From Eledone cirrhosa (taxonomy: Eukaryota): a stretch of DNA of 64,000 nucleotides. Shown piece by piece: positions 27,201-39,619 of the stretch (the first letter of the stretch is position 1; every line of letters begins with the position of its first letter). The stretch spans positions 434,124,001-434,188,000 of the forward strand of contig OZ024740.1 of the NCBI GenBank assembly GCA_964016885.1, in the 5' to 3' direction. Under the pieces are notes generated by a model. That model was not told the origin of the DNA. It ran no database searches and worked only from the letters and a program-made list of their open reading frames with translations. The position numbers and the translations under genes are program-made.

Positions 27201-29988
27201 GGCAATGGCACTCTCACAAGACACTGTCACAGACACTGGCAATGGCACTCTCACCAGACACTTCCACAGACACTAGCAAAATGGCACTCTCACAAGACAC
27301 TGGCAATGGCACTCTCACAAGACACTGTCACAGACACTAGCAATGGCACTCTCACCAGATACTGCCACAGATACTGGCATTGGCACTCTCACAAGACACT
27401 GTCACAGACACTGACAATAGCACTCTCACAAGACACTGTCACAGACACTGACAATGGCACTCTCACAAGACACTGTCACAGACACTAGCAATGGCACTCT
27501 CACAAGACACTGTCACAGACACTGGCAATGGCACTCTCACAGACACTGGCAATGGCACTCTCACAAGACACTGCCACAGACACTGGCAATGGCACTCTCA
27601 CAAGACACTGTCACAGACACTGGCAATGGCACTCTCACAAGACACTGCCACAGACACTGGCAATGGCACTCTCACAAGACACTGTCACAGACACTGACAA
27701 TGGCACTCTCACAAGACACTGCCACAGACACTGGCAATGGCACTCTCACAAGACACTGTCACAGACACTGACAATGGCACTCTCACAAGACACTGCCACA
27801 GACACTGACAATGGCACTCTCACAAGACACTGCCACAGACACTGGCAATGGCACTCTCACAAGACACTGCCACAGACACTGACAATGGCACTCTCACAAG
27901 ACACTGTCACAGACACTAGCAATAGCACTCTCACAAGACACTGTCACAGACACTAGCAATGGCACTCTCACAAGACACTGTCACAGACACTGACAATGGC
28001 ACTCTCACAAGACACTGTCACAGACACTGACAATGGCACTCTCACAAGACACTGCCACAGACACTGGCAATGGCACTCTCACAAGACACTGCCAGTGACA
28101 CTGGCAATGGCACTCTCACAAGACACTGTCACAGACACTGGCAATGGCACTCTCACAAGACACTGTCACAGACACTGACAATGGCACTCTCACAAGACAC
28201 TGCCACAGACACTGGCAATGGCACTCTCACAAGACACTGCCACAGACACTGGCAATGGCACTCTCACAAGACACTGTCACAGACACTGGCAATGGCACTC
28301 TCACAAGACACTGCCACAGACACTAGCAATGGCACTCTCACAAGACACTGTCACAGACACTGACAATGGCACTCTCACAAGACACTGCCACAGACACTGA
28401 CAATGGCACTCTCACAAGACACTGCCACAGACACTAGCAATGGCACTCTCACCAGACACTGTCACAGACACTGACAATGGCACTCTCACAAGACACTGTC
28501 ACAGACACTGGCAATGGCACTCTCACAAGACACTGCCACAGACACTGGCAATGGCACTCTCACAAGACACTGTCACAGACACTGGCAATGGCACTCTCAC
28601 AAGACACTGCCACAGACACTAGCAATGGCACTCTCACAAGACACTGTCACAGACACTGACAATGGCACTCTCACAAGACACTGCCACAGACACTGGCAAT
28701 GGCACTCTCACAAGACACTGTCACAGACACTGGCAATGGCACTCTCACAAGACACTGCCAGTGACATTGCCAAAGACACTGTCACAGACACTGGCAATGG
28801 CACTCTCACAAGACACTGTCACAGACACTGGCAATGGCACTCTCACAAGACACTGCCACAGACACTGGCAATGGCACTCTCACAAGACACTGTCACAGAC
28901 ACTGACAATGGCACTCTCACAAGACACTGTCACAGACACTGACAATGGCACTCTCACAAGACACTGTCACAGACACTGACAATGGCACTCTCACAAGACA
29001 CTGTCACAGACACTGACAATGGCACTCTCACAAGACACTGACAATGGCACTCTCACAAGACACTGTCACAGACACTGGCAATGGCACTCTCACAAGACAC
29101 TGCCAGTGACATTGCCAAAGACACTGTCACAGACACTGGCAATGGCACTCTCACAAGACACTGCCAGTGACATTGCCAAAGACACTGTCACAGACACTGG
29201 CAATGGCACTCTCACAAGACACTGCCAGTGACATTGCCAAAGACACTGTCACAGACACTGGCAATGGCACTCTCACAAGACACTGCCAGTGACATTGCCA
29301 AAGACACTGTCACAGACACTGACAATGGCACTCTCACAAGACACTGTCACAGACACTGGTAATGGCACTCTCACAAGACACTGTCACAGACACTGGCAAT
29401 GGCACTCTCACAAGACACTGCCACAGACACTGACAATGGCACTCTCACAAGACACTGCCACAGACACTGGCAATGGCACTCTCACAAGACACTGCCACAG
29501 ACACTGGCAATGGCACTCTCACAAGACACTGCCACAGACACTGACAATGGCACTCTCACAAGACACTGTCACAGACACTGGCAATGGCACTCTCACAAGA
29601 CACTGCCACAGACACTGACAATGGCACTCTCACAAGACACTGCCACAGACACTGGCAATGGCACTCTCACAAGACACTGCCACAGACACTGGCAATGGCA
29701 CTCTCACAAGACACTGCCACAGACACTGGCAATGGCACTCTCACAAGACACTGCCACAGACACTGACAATGGCACTCTCACAAGACACTGTCACAGACAC
29801 TGGTAATGGCACTCTCACAAGACACTGGCAATGGCACTCTCACAAGACACTGCCACAGACACTGACAATGGCACTCTCACAAGACACTGTCACAGACACT
29901 GGCAATGGCACTCTCACAAGACACTGTCACAGACACTGGCAATGGCACTCTCACAAGACACTGTCAGTGACATTGCCAAAGACACTGC
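24262..29988. repeat. 37-bp minisatellite built from 12/12/13-bp subunits, about 150 copies
   Basis: gacactgtcaca-gacactggcaat-ggcactctcacaa; pure 12-mer runs at the left end. Confidence 0.97.
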
Positions 29989-30289
29989 TAATTTCCTTAA
30001 TACAATAAATATTATAAAGCAGATGCATTGAATAAGGTGGACTGTGGTTAGAGATATAACTTGATGTATTAAGAGAACCTTTAGGGAAACTTCTATAAAG
30101 TTTCTCGGATCAACTAAAATATGTTTCTCTTTCCATTTATTTATAAAATTTCTTTTCTTTCCTTTTATTGTTTTTCTTTTCTCTCTTTCTTTTTGTTTCC
30201 AGTGTTTTTCACTGTTTATATATTTCCTTCTCAATGAAGTCTTACAAAAGCCAACCTATATTTGCTTTATTCACTATAACCCCCCCCCT

Positions 30290-30340
30290 CCACACACACA
30301 TACATATACACACATTTATACATACATGCACACACACACT

Positions 30341-30406
<66 letters not shown>

Positions 30407-30494
30407 CACATACATGCATATACACACATGCATACATGCACCCCTCTCTCTCTATATATATGCTTATACATACCTATACATATGTAATATTACT

Positions 30495-30532
<38 letters not shown>
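30290..30532. repeat. Compound (CA)n/(TA)n microsatellite
   Basis: Direct reading of the sequence. Confidence 0.9.
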
Positions 30533-30534
<2 letters not shown>

Positions 30535-31148
30535 CTTGGACACGCTCAAGCTGATACAAAGCCATAAATGCCCACACATATATACGGAGCCCATTTTCAA
30601 TAGAATCCACCCCTCACACACCTCTCATTTCTTCTTAGCCTCTCCCTCTCACTCTCTCCCCCCACTCTTTATTTTTATTATAACCCAACTTTTAGGTCAA
30701 TATTTAAACTGGTTAGTTTTTCAGTTTACATCTGTTACAGTCTCTGTGTCTCTCTCTCTCTCTCGCAACTAGATTTCACAACTTGGTTCAGTTAATTGAT
30801 TGACATAAATTTAACAATTAACTCTCTGCTTAGCACTTCTCTTCATTTGCATTAATTTGTGATACTGTTGAAAGTTTTGATTTGTTACCCATCTCCCTCT
30901 CGCTCAAACTTTCTTGGATTGGATTAGAATCTAGACACACAACACATCTATATATTATATGTTTGGTAAATTAGGATCTACACACAACACATCCATATAT
31001 TATATGTTTGGTAAATTCAGTTGTATGTTTGGATTTTAAATAAAAGGGAAAAAAATGTGTTTGGGAGGAGATAAAGAAGATAAAGAAAGTAAGTTATTTT
31101 CTTTTTGTGTCTTTTTAATTTCACTTTTAGTAAATTTCTCTGGTTTAA

Positions 31149-31785
31149 CCCTTTATCATTTACATTACTCTATATATACTATTATATTTTCGTGGTAAAG
31201 GCTTTACTTCACATAATATCTCATATAACATTTACATTACTCTATATATACTATTGTATTTTCACAGTAAAGGCTTTACCTCACATAATATCTCGCATAA
31301 CATTTACATTACTCTATATATACTATTGTATTTTCACAGTAAAGGCTTTACCTCACATAATATCTCACATAACATTTACATTACTCTATATATACTATTG
31401 TATTTTCACAGTAAAGGCTTTACCTCACATAATATCTCCATTACATTTACAATACTCTATATATACTATTGTATTTTCACAGTAAAGGCTTTACCTCACA
31501 TAATATCTCCATTACATTTACAATACTCTATATATACTATTGTATTTTCACAGTAAAGGCTTTACCTCACATAATATCTCACATAACATTTACATTACTC
31601 TATATATACTATTATATTTTCGTTGTAAAGTCTTTACCTCACATATCTCACATAATATCAAATCTATGAGATTTTGATATTATTTATTTTGAGAACAATA
31701 GCTTAACATCAGTATGAGTAGCCAGTTTGAACAGAAAGAGGTGAGAGAATTCTGGCCGGATATGGCCAGTTTAAATGCTAAAGGG
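31149..31785 (+). mobile_element. piggyBac-type MITE with an internal 72-bp segment amplified 7 times
   Basis: Same termini and body as 15549-15765, TTAA on both sides; catttac unit starts at 31157, 31229, 31301, 31373, 31444, 31515 and 31587. Confidence 0.88.
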
Positions 31786-32624
31786 TTAAACAAACAACAA
31801 ATGTTTTTAATTTTATAAATATAAGCAATTCTTCTCACGATTGTCTATCTTCTATCACATTTCAGTTTAGAAGAAGAGCTAAGATACTGCTGTGGATTTC
31901 ATCAAATATCTTCATCGCTTTCAGTTTCTGGTTTTAAGCCCATGTTAACAATTATCTCTTCTCCCTTCTCTCCTTCAACTGAGAAAGTTATGATACTTTA
32001 TGTTCTGAGTTCAACTTTACAGGGTTGATAAAATATAGTACCAGTCAAATACTGGGGTTTATTTAATCGACTCTTTTCTCAGTTTTCTGCATAAATTAGA
32101 AATATTATTATTGGAATGGTGGATTGGTAGAATTGTTAGTGGCGACCAGAATACCTTATGGTGTTTGTTCCTGCTCTTCATATTCTGACTTCAAATCCCT
32201 CTCAGGCCAACTTTGTCTTTCATCCTTCTAGGTCAATAAAATAAAGCACCAGTCATGTACTAGGGTCGATTTTAATATTTTTATAAAACATCCTTGATAT
32301 ATGAATTGAATTATAGTATGATGTGTGTGTATGTGTATATGCCCATACAGACACAAATGTATGTACACATGCAAACACATAGTCAAATGTATAATTCTGC
32401 AAATATAGACCCTGTATAATCATGGATTCAACTTTTTGCAGTATACACTCACATATACACAATTATATGTCAATATACACTCACATATACATACATTTGT
32501 GTATAAAAATCTGTTGTGGGACACGTTTAAATATAAAGTTTGAGGTTTTAGTCAGTGCCTCACCTATTTTTCTTACCTGTTCTTGTTAAACTTTTGACAT
32601 AGATGTGTGTCTCAGCATAACTGT

Positions 32625-32822
32625 AATCTACATGTGTGTCACTACATGTGTATCTCTACATGTGTGTCACTACATGTCTCCTCACACAAGTGTCTCTACA
32701 TGTGTTTCTACATGTGTCTACATGAGTGTCTCCACATGTCACTACATGTATATCTCTACATGTGTCTCCACATGTCACTACATGTATATCTCTACATGTG
32801 TCACTACATGTGTATCACTACA
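32625..32822. repeat. Degenerate ~14-bp tandem repeat (ctacatgtgtgtca)
   Basis: Direct reading of the sequence. Confidence 0.8.
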
Positions 32823-33194
32823 TAACAGAAAGTTGTTATTCAATAGACATAATATTTCTGTGGTTTGATCTCACCAAAGCCATTCATTTCTGCCAGAATC
32901 AATTGTATCTTTGCTGTTATTTAACCCCAGGTCTGTCCTGGTTGAGCAGATCCATAATTATAGACGTTCCAACCATGATCATCATGTATTTCTTTTATTG
33001 TTTTCTTTAAACATTCACTAAGACTCCATTATTCAATGTGTCCTTCCAGTTAGGGTGTGGTTTGAGGGAGATTTGGCTGCTTTTTCTAGCAGTAGACTGT
33101 ATGACTACTCAAAGACTCTTTCCGTGATATTACATATTTGTAAACTAAGGGACCAATTTCTGTAATGTCTGATCCCCTCTCACTCACTCTGTTT

Positions 33195-34218
33195 TCTTCC
33201 ATAGTAAACCAGGAGATATATGTAGTCTTCCATAGTAAACCAGGAGATATGTATAGTCTTCCATAGTAAACCAGGAGGAGATATATGTAGTCTTCCATAG
33301 TAAACCAGGAGATATGTGTAGTCTTCCATAGTAAACCAGGAGATATGTATAGTCTTCCATAGTAAACCAGGAGATATGTGTAGTCTTCCATAGTAAACCA
33401 GGAGATGTGTAGTCTTCCATAGTAAACCAGGAGATATGTGTAGTCTTCCATAGTAAACCAGGAGATATGTGTAGTCTTCCATAGTAAACCAGGAGATATG
33501 TGTAGTCTTCCATAGTAAACCAGGAGATATGTGTAGTCTTCCATAGTAAACCAGGAGATATATGTAGTCTTCCATAGTAAACCAGGAGGAGATATGTGTA
33601 GTCTTCCATAGTAAACCAGGAGGAGATATATGTAGTCTTCCATAGTAAACCAGGAGGAGATATATGTAGTCTTCCATAGTAAACCAGGAGGAGATATGTG
33701 TAGTCTTCCATAGTAAACCAGGAGGAGATATATGTAGTCTTCCATAGTAAACCAGGAGGAGATATATGTAGTCTTCCATAGTAAACCAGGAGGAGATATA
33801 TGTAGTCTTCCATAGTAAACCAGGAGGAGATATATGTAGTCTTCCATAGTAAACCAGGAGGAGATATGTGTAGTCTTCCATAGTAAACCAGGAGGAGATA
33901 TGTGTAGTCTTCCATAGTAAACCAGGAGGAGATATGTGTAGTCTTCCATAGTAAACCAGGAGGAGATATGTGTAGTCTTCCATAGTAAACCAGGAGGAGA
34001 TATGTGTAGTCTTCCATAGTAAACCAGGAGGAGATATGTGTAGTCTTCCATAGTAAACCAGGAGGAGATATGTGTAGTCTTCCATAGTAAACCAGGAGGA
34101 GATATGTGTAGTCTTCCATAGTAAACCAGGAGGAGATATCTGTAGTCTTCCATAGTAAACCAGGAGGAGATATGTGTAGTCTTCCATAGTAAACCAGGAG
34201 GAGATATATGTAGTCTTT
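33195..34218. repeat. 31/34-bp minisatellite, about 31 copies
   Basis: Unit gtagtcttccatagtaaaccagg(agg)agatatgt. Confidence 0.96.
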
Positions 34219-34307
34219 CACAATGAAATCACAACAATGTTAGGAAGTAGCTTTGGTATAAATCATTAGATTATGTCAGACACCACTCAACTTCTACAGT
34301 CAACTAG

Positions 34308-34515
34308 TACATTGTCAACACTACTACTACTATTACATTGTCAACACTACTACTACTATTACTACACTATTACATTGTCAACACTACTACTACTATTACA
34401 TTGTCAACACTACTACTACTACTATTACATTGTCAACACTACTACTACTATTACATTGTCAACACTACTACTACTATTACATTGTCAACACTACTACTAC
34501 TATTACTACACTATT
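34308..34515. repeat. Tandem repeat acattgtcaaca(cta)n tt
   Basis: About 7 copies with variable (cta)n. Confidence 0.85.
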
Positions 34516-35064
34516 AATATGTCCTGCTACACATTACCATTTTCACTATTTTTAGTTACTAACAGACTATACTGTAACTAGTTAGTTCAGCGGTAAATCA
34601 TAAATATTGTCACAACAGGGTCTTGCTGTGTCACAGTAGACCTTACTGTGACACAGTAGAGACTTAGTGTCACAACAGACCCTTTTTGTGTGACAACAAA
34701 GCCTTGCTGTATGACAACAGACCTCTCTGTGTCACAATAGTCCTTACTGTGTGACAGTAGACATTACTGTGTCACAGAGAACCTTGTTGCGTCAGAGAAA
34801 CTTTGTAATAAACGTACATTGCTCAAATTGTGACACTTTTAACCAATGCAATGATAATGTCATATACTAATGTGAAACGGAAACATGGAAGACCTCTGAA
34901 TGTTGGATTGTGTCTGATGGAAAGATTTTATCATGTCACCACACACAAGTGGATGATTTTAGTAGTTAGTAATGATAGATTTAGTGAAGAAATTGACATG
35001 GGTAGAGATCAATGGAAGAAAGTTGATTGATCTGTGTGAAATGGATAACATAGTGAGTTAAAAG

Positions 35065-35345
35065 TCTAAAGTTTGTCTCAAGCCTGAAGGCTCATCAGGT
35101 TGGTGCTTATCCTGGTTCCATGGCGTAAAGTGCCTGACAGTACAAGGCCCTACCTCTGGACAGGATACCTGTCTATTGCAGAGTTAGGCGCCAAGCTATT
35201 GCTGGTACTCATTTTCAGCTGAGTATACTGGAGCAACGTGAAATGAAGTGTTTTGCTCAAGAATACAACACACAACCCAGGAATTGAACCTACGACATTA
35301 TGATTGTAAGTCCAACACCCTTACTACTAGGCCACGTGCCTCAAC
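35065..35345 (-). mobile_element. tRNA-derived SINE (same family as 21230-21505)
   Basis: Minus strand gcacgtggcctagtagtaagg...taggttcaattcc...ctcagctgaaaatgagtacc...cctgatgagcc. Confidence 0.82.
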
Positions 35346-35625
35346 ACATAGAGAGCTACCCTAGTAGAAATGGAAGATAGTGTTAAAAAAGAAATGACAG
35401 GCAGAGTTAACCCATACCACCCTGCAGTGTTTTAGCAAAAATATCTAAAAACTGATGTTTATAGTATCTTTACTAGTGGACAGATTTGCTTTGAAAATCT
35501 GCAGTAAACTGAAATAAAGACTTCAATTTTTGATGCAATGAAGTTACAGAGCTGTTTTGTACTTTTTTAAAATGTTTTTGCTAATGCAGTTTCATGTTCT
35601 ACATGATGTTGTGAGTTAGGGCATA

Positions 35626-35895
35626 TCATCATCACCGTTTTACGTCCGTTCTTCCATGCTAGCATGGGTTAGACGGGTTGTCCTGTTGTGGGCAGTGTCT
35701 ACTCGACTGATCTTGTCTTGCTCATACGGGAACAGATTCTGGCTTGATTTCTACAGCTGGATGCCCTTCCTAACACCAACCTCATTTACAGTGAGTGCTG
35801 GGTGCTTTTTTTTCCGTGGTGCCTACACAACCACTTTAGAGTGTGGGCTGGGTGCTTTTTTGCTGTGGCACCTCCACGACCACCTTGCAGTAGGA
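35626..35895 (-). mobile_element. RTE tail type B fragment (5'-truncated)
   Basis: Near-identical to 39650-39915 and to the tail of 13130-13572. Confidence 0.82.
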
Positions 35896-36017
35896 GGGTA
35901 AGAGGGCATATCTAGAGTGAAATGCCTATATCTGAGGTGGGGAACCATTTCATGTTGACATGCCACATTACGTTACTTGTAATATAATAACGCCACATTC
36001 AAGAAACCATAATTATT

Positions 36018-36355
36018 CATCATCATTTCATTTTACGTCCGCTTTTTCCCTGCTTGCAAGGGTGGGACGGGAACTGATTCTGGCTTGATTTCTACAGCTG
36101 GATGCTCTTCCTAACACCAACCTCATTTACAGTGAGTGCTGGGTGCTTTTTTGCCGTGGCACCTCCACGACCACTTTGCAGTGGAATGATAGGGACCCCA
36201 GTCCCTATCATCTCATTTCTACAGCTGAGTAAACTGGAGCAATGTGAAATAAAGTGTCTTGCTCAAGGAAACAACACATCACTCGGTCTCAGAATTGAAC
36301 TCACAACCTTTCGATTGCAAGGCCAATGCTCTAACCACTAAGCCATGTGCCTCCA
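36018..36355 (-). mobile_element. Full-length tRNA-headed SINE with RTE tail type A
   Basis: Same head and body as the 13130 SINE, but tail cccgtcccacccttgcaagcagggaaaaagcggacgtaaaatg. Confidence 0.88.
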
Positions 36356-37049
36356 TATATATAATTCCAATTATATATTCTTAAAATCCAGATTACTTTG
36401 AAAAAATCTAAATACTAAGTAATAATTATTTAAAATATAAAGAAAATGTTTGTCTTATGGTTTAAATTAAAATAGAGATAGAATAACATGAATAGAAATT
36501 AAAAAACTTGTTGGAAATTTGATTCTTTGAAAAGGCCGCAGAGAATGGCATGGAAGGCTTCAACAATCTCTGGTTTATATCATTGCTTCTTAACATGTCT
36601 GTACAAGTTGACCAAAGCTAGATTACACAATACACACAAGAAAATATAGCTAAATGATATTTTATTGCATGACAAATTTATACCTGGCCTGAAAACATTG
36701 AAAGGCAGGTATGTCTTGGCAACAGGACACTATAGGAAATCTTTTGATATTTACGGATTATAGTTTCAAATAGGGTGTGACGCTAGTTAACTTGATATTT
36801 CTGTTCCTATGTAAACATACCCTTACCTCCCACAGCTTCTATAGTTGTCCAGTCTTTTGATAAAGCCATTGTTTGTTGTCAACATTGGTGATTAATTTCA
36901 AAACAATAAGTTGAGTGTTGGTCAATTTTATTTTGAAGTTCAGTCAGAAAGTTATCAGTTCTTTATCACATTAACCCAGACTTTTAAAACAGTTTTCCTT
37001 ATTCCATACTATCTCCACAATTACTGTCTTATATAAACTTCACTCGATG

Positions 37050-37265
37050 TAATAATAATTGTTTCTACTTTAGGCACAAGGCCAGCAATTTGGAGGGAGG
37101 GGAAAGTTGATTATATCGACTTCAGTACATGACTGGTACTTTATTTTATCAACCCCGTAAGGGTGAAAGGCAAAGCTAACCTTGGAGAGATTTGAACTCA
37201 GACCGTAAAGGGCCGTAACTATGCTGCAAAGCATGGCGTCCGACCCTCTACCGATACTGCCAATC
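37050..37265 (-). mobile_element. tRNA-derived SINE (third family)
   Basis: ggcacaaggccagcaattt...gactggtactttattttat...tttgaactcagaccgtaaag. Confidence 0.78.
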
Positions 37266-37354
37266 CAATGATAACAATGCTCATATCGGATATTAGGAAT
37301 GAATAAACCAACTTTTTCATCCTTAATATTTAAGTTGTTTCCAAGCTAGTGTGG

Positions 37355-38184
37355 ACGATGATGGTGGTGGTGTGATGTTAGTGGTGGTGGTGGTGGTGGT
37401 GTGATGGTGATGGAGGTGGTGGTGGTGGTGTGATGTTAGTGGTGGTGTGATGGTGGTGGTGGTGGTGGTGTGATGTTGTGATGGTGGTGATGGTGATGGT
37501 GGTGGTGTGATGTTAGTGGTGGTGTGATGTTGGTGATGGTGTGATGGTGGTGGTGATGGTGTGATGGTGTTGGTGGTGATGGTAGTGGTGTGATGGTGGT
37601 GGTGGTGTGATGTTGGTGGTGGTATGGTGATGTGATGGTGGTGGTGGTGGTGGTGGTGGTGTGATGTTGGTGGTGATGGTGGTGGTGGTGATGGTGGTGG
37701 TGTGATGTTGGTGGTGTGATGTTGGTGGTGTGATGTTGATGGTGGTGGTGGTGTGATGTTTGTGGTGTGGTGTGATGTTGATGGTGGTGGTGTGGTGTGA
37801 TGTTGATGTTGGTGGTGTGATGTTGGTGGTGATGTTGGTGGTGGTGGTGGTGATGGTGGTGGTGTGATGTTGGTGGTGTGATGTTGATGGTGGTGGTGTG
37901 ATGGTGATGGTGGTGGTGTGATGTTGGTGGTGATGTTGGTGGTGGTGTGATGTTGGTGGTGATGTTGGTGGTGGTGTGATGTTGGTGGTGGTGTGATGTT
38001 GGTGGTGGTGGTGTGATGTTGGTGGTGGTGTGATGTTGGTGGTGGTGTGATGTTGGTGGTGATGGTGGTGGTGTGATGTTGGTGGTGTGATGTTGGTGGT
38101 GGTGTGATGTTGGTGGTGATGTTGGTGGTGGTGTGATGTTGGTGGTGGTGTGATGTTGGTGGTGGTGTGATGTTGGTGGTGGTG
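37355..38184. repeat. (GGT)n/GTGATGTT compound microsatellite
   Basis: Direct reading of the sequence. Confidence 0.93.
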
Positions 38185-38454
38185 AAATTTCTTCATAAAC
38201 AAAATAAAACCAAATTATTACATTTCTTAACTTTAGGAAGTTTTCTTTTTAAATAATTCTATATTTATCATGTGTGTACGTGTGTGTATATATATGTGTG
38301 TATATATATGTGTGTATATATATGTGTATATATATATGTGTGTATATATATGTGTGTAGTGGCCAGTAGTAACAACATCAACAGTTACACCCAATTCCTC
38401 CTGGGAATGTTACACCCACCCTCCCCTCCCACACACTTCCACTCTACCTTTCCA

Positions 38455-38485
<31 letters not shown>

Positions 38486-38809
38486 AATATATATATAGAT
38501 ATGTGTGTATGTATGTGTGTGTGTGTGTGTGTATGTATATATATGTATCACTCGTTCAGCGCATCGGTAGGGGTTTTCCTACATGGATATAAAGTAGTGG
38601 CCGTACTCGAAAACGAGTTGGCAGCCACCATATATATATATATATATATATATATCTCTAATGACTTGATTTTTTATTTCATTGTTTTAACTTATATATA
38701 CATGTATGTATGTGTGTATGTATGTATGTATGTATGTATGTGTATATGTATGTATGTGTATATATGTATGTATGTGTATATATGTATATATATATATTTA
38801 TGTATATGT

Positions 38810-39290
38810 ATGTCGTCGGCGACTAAACCGGCAACCCCACCAAGTTCACTTGTTGAGGAGGGTGGTTTTGGACACCCGGCAGAACAAAAAACAAAACCTG
38901 ACAAAGGGCGGAAGAACTCATAAGAGTCAACGGCCATCCAAAAGTGTGTAAATATGTATATACACATGTACCGCGCGGTTAAACCACTGGGAGTGAAGGA
39001 CCCCTAGCCTTTGTCAGGGCATTCCTCTAGGAGAAAGCAACTCAGGAAACTGTGATAAGTCCGACATAAAACCTGAGGCTCAGTAGTTACCGATAATGTT
39101 GATCTTTTCTTCTTTTCGGGTTATAGCTACTGTCGCTCAGAGAGTGGGATTGGCTCAGTGCACAGTCTTTCCTCACTTTAAAAAATATCTTTACGCACAG
39201 GCATTGTACGATAGAATTAATTAATAATTATTAATAATGATATATCATGCAATGGCCATACTCAATAACGAGGGGACAGCCATCATGTAT
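38810..39290 (+). mobile_element. Probable non-autonomous RTE-related element(s)
   Basis: CpG-richer unique segment with gtcagggca..ctctaggagaaagcaactc and a 3' tggccatactcaataacgaggggacagccatc, reminiscent of RTE 5'/3' UTR modules (recalled similarity, not searched). Confidence 0.45.
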
Positions 39291-39615
39291 CATCATCATT
39301 GTACGTCCACTTTTCCCTGCTTGCAAGGGTGGGACGGGAACTGATTCTGGCTTTTTTTCTACAGCTGGATGCCCTTCCTAACACCAACCTCATTTACAGT
39401 GATGGCTGGGTGCTTTTTTCCGTGGCACCTCCACTACTACTTTACAGTGGAATGATAGGGACCCCAGTCCCTATCATCTCATTTCTACAGCTGAGTAAAC
39501 TGGAGCAATATGAAATAAAGTGTCTTGCTCAAGGAAACAACACATCACCCGGTCTGAGAATTGAACCTTTCAATTGCAAGGCCAGTGCTCTAACCACTAA
39601 ACCATGTGCCTCCAT
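39291..39615 (-). mobile_element. Full-length tRNA-headed SINE, tail type A
   Basis: Homologous to 36018-36355. Confidence 0.87.
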
Positions 39616-39619
39616 TATA

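Noticed and set aside
37513-38202. His/Thr/Pro-rich 229-aa ORF
   Set aside because: Translation of a (GGT)n compound microsatellite
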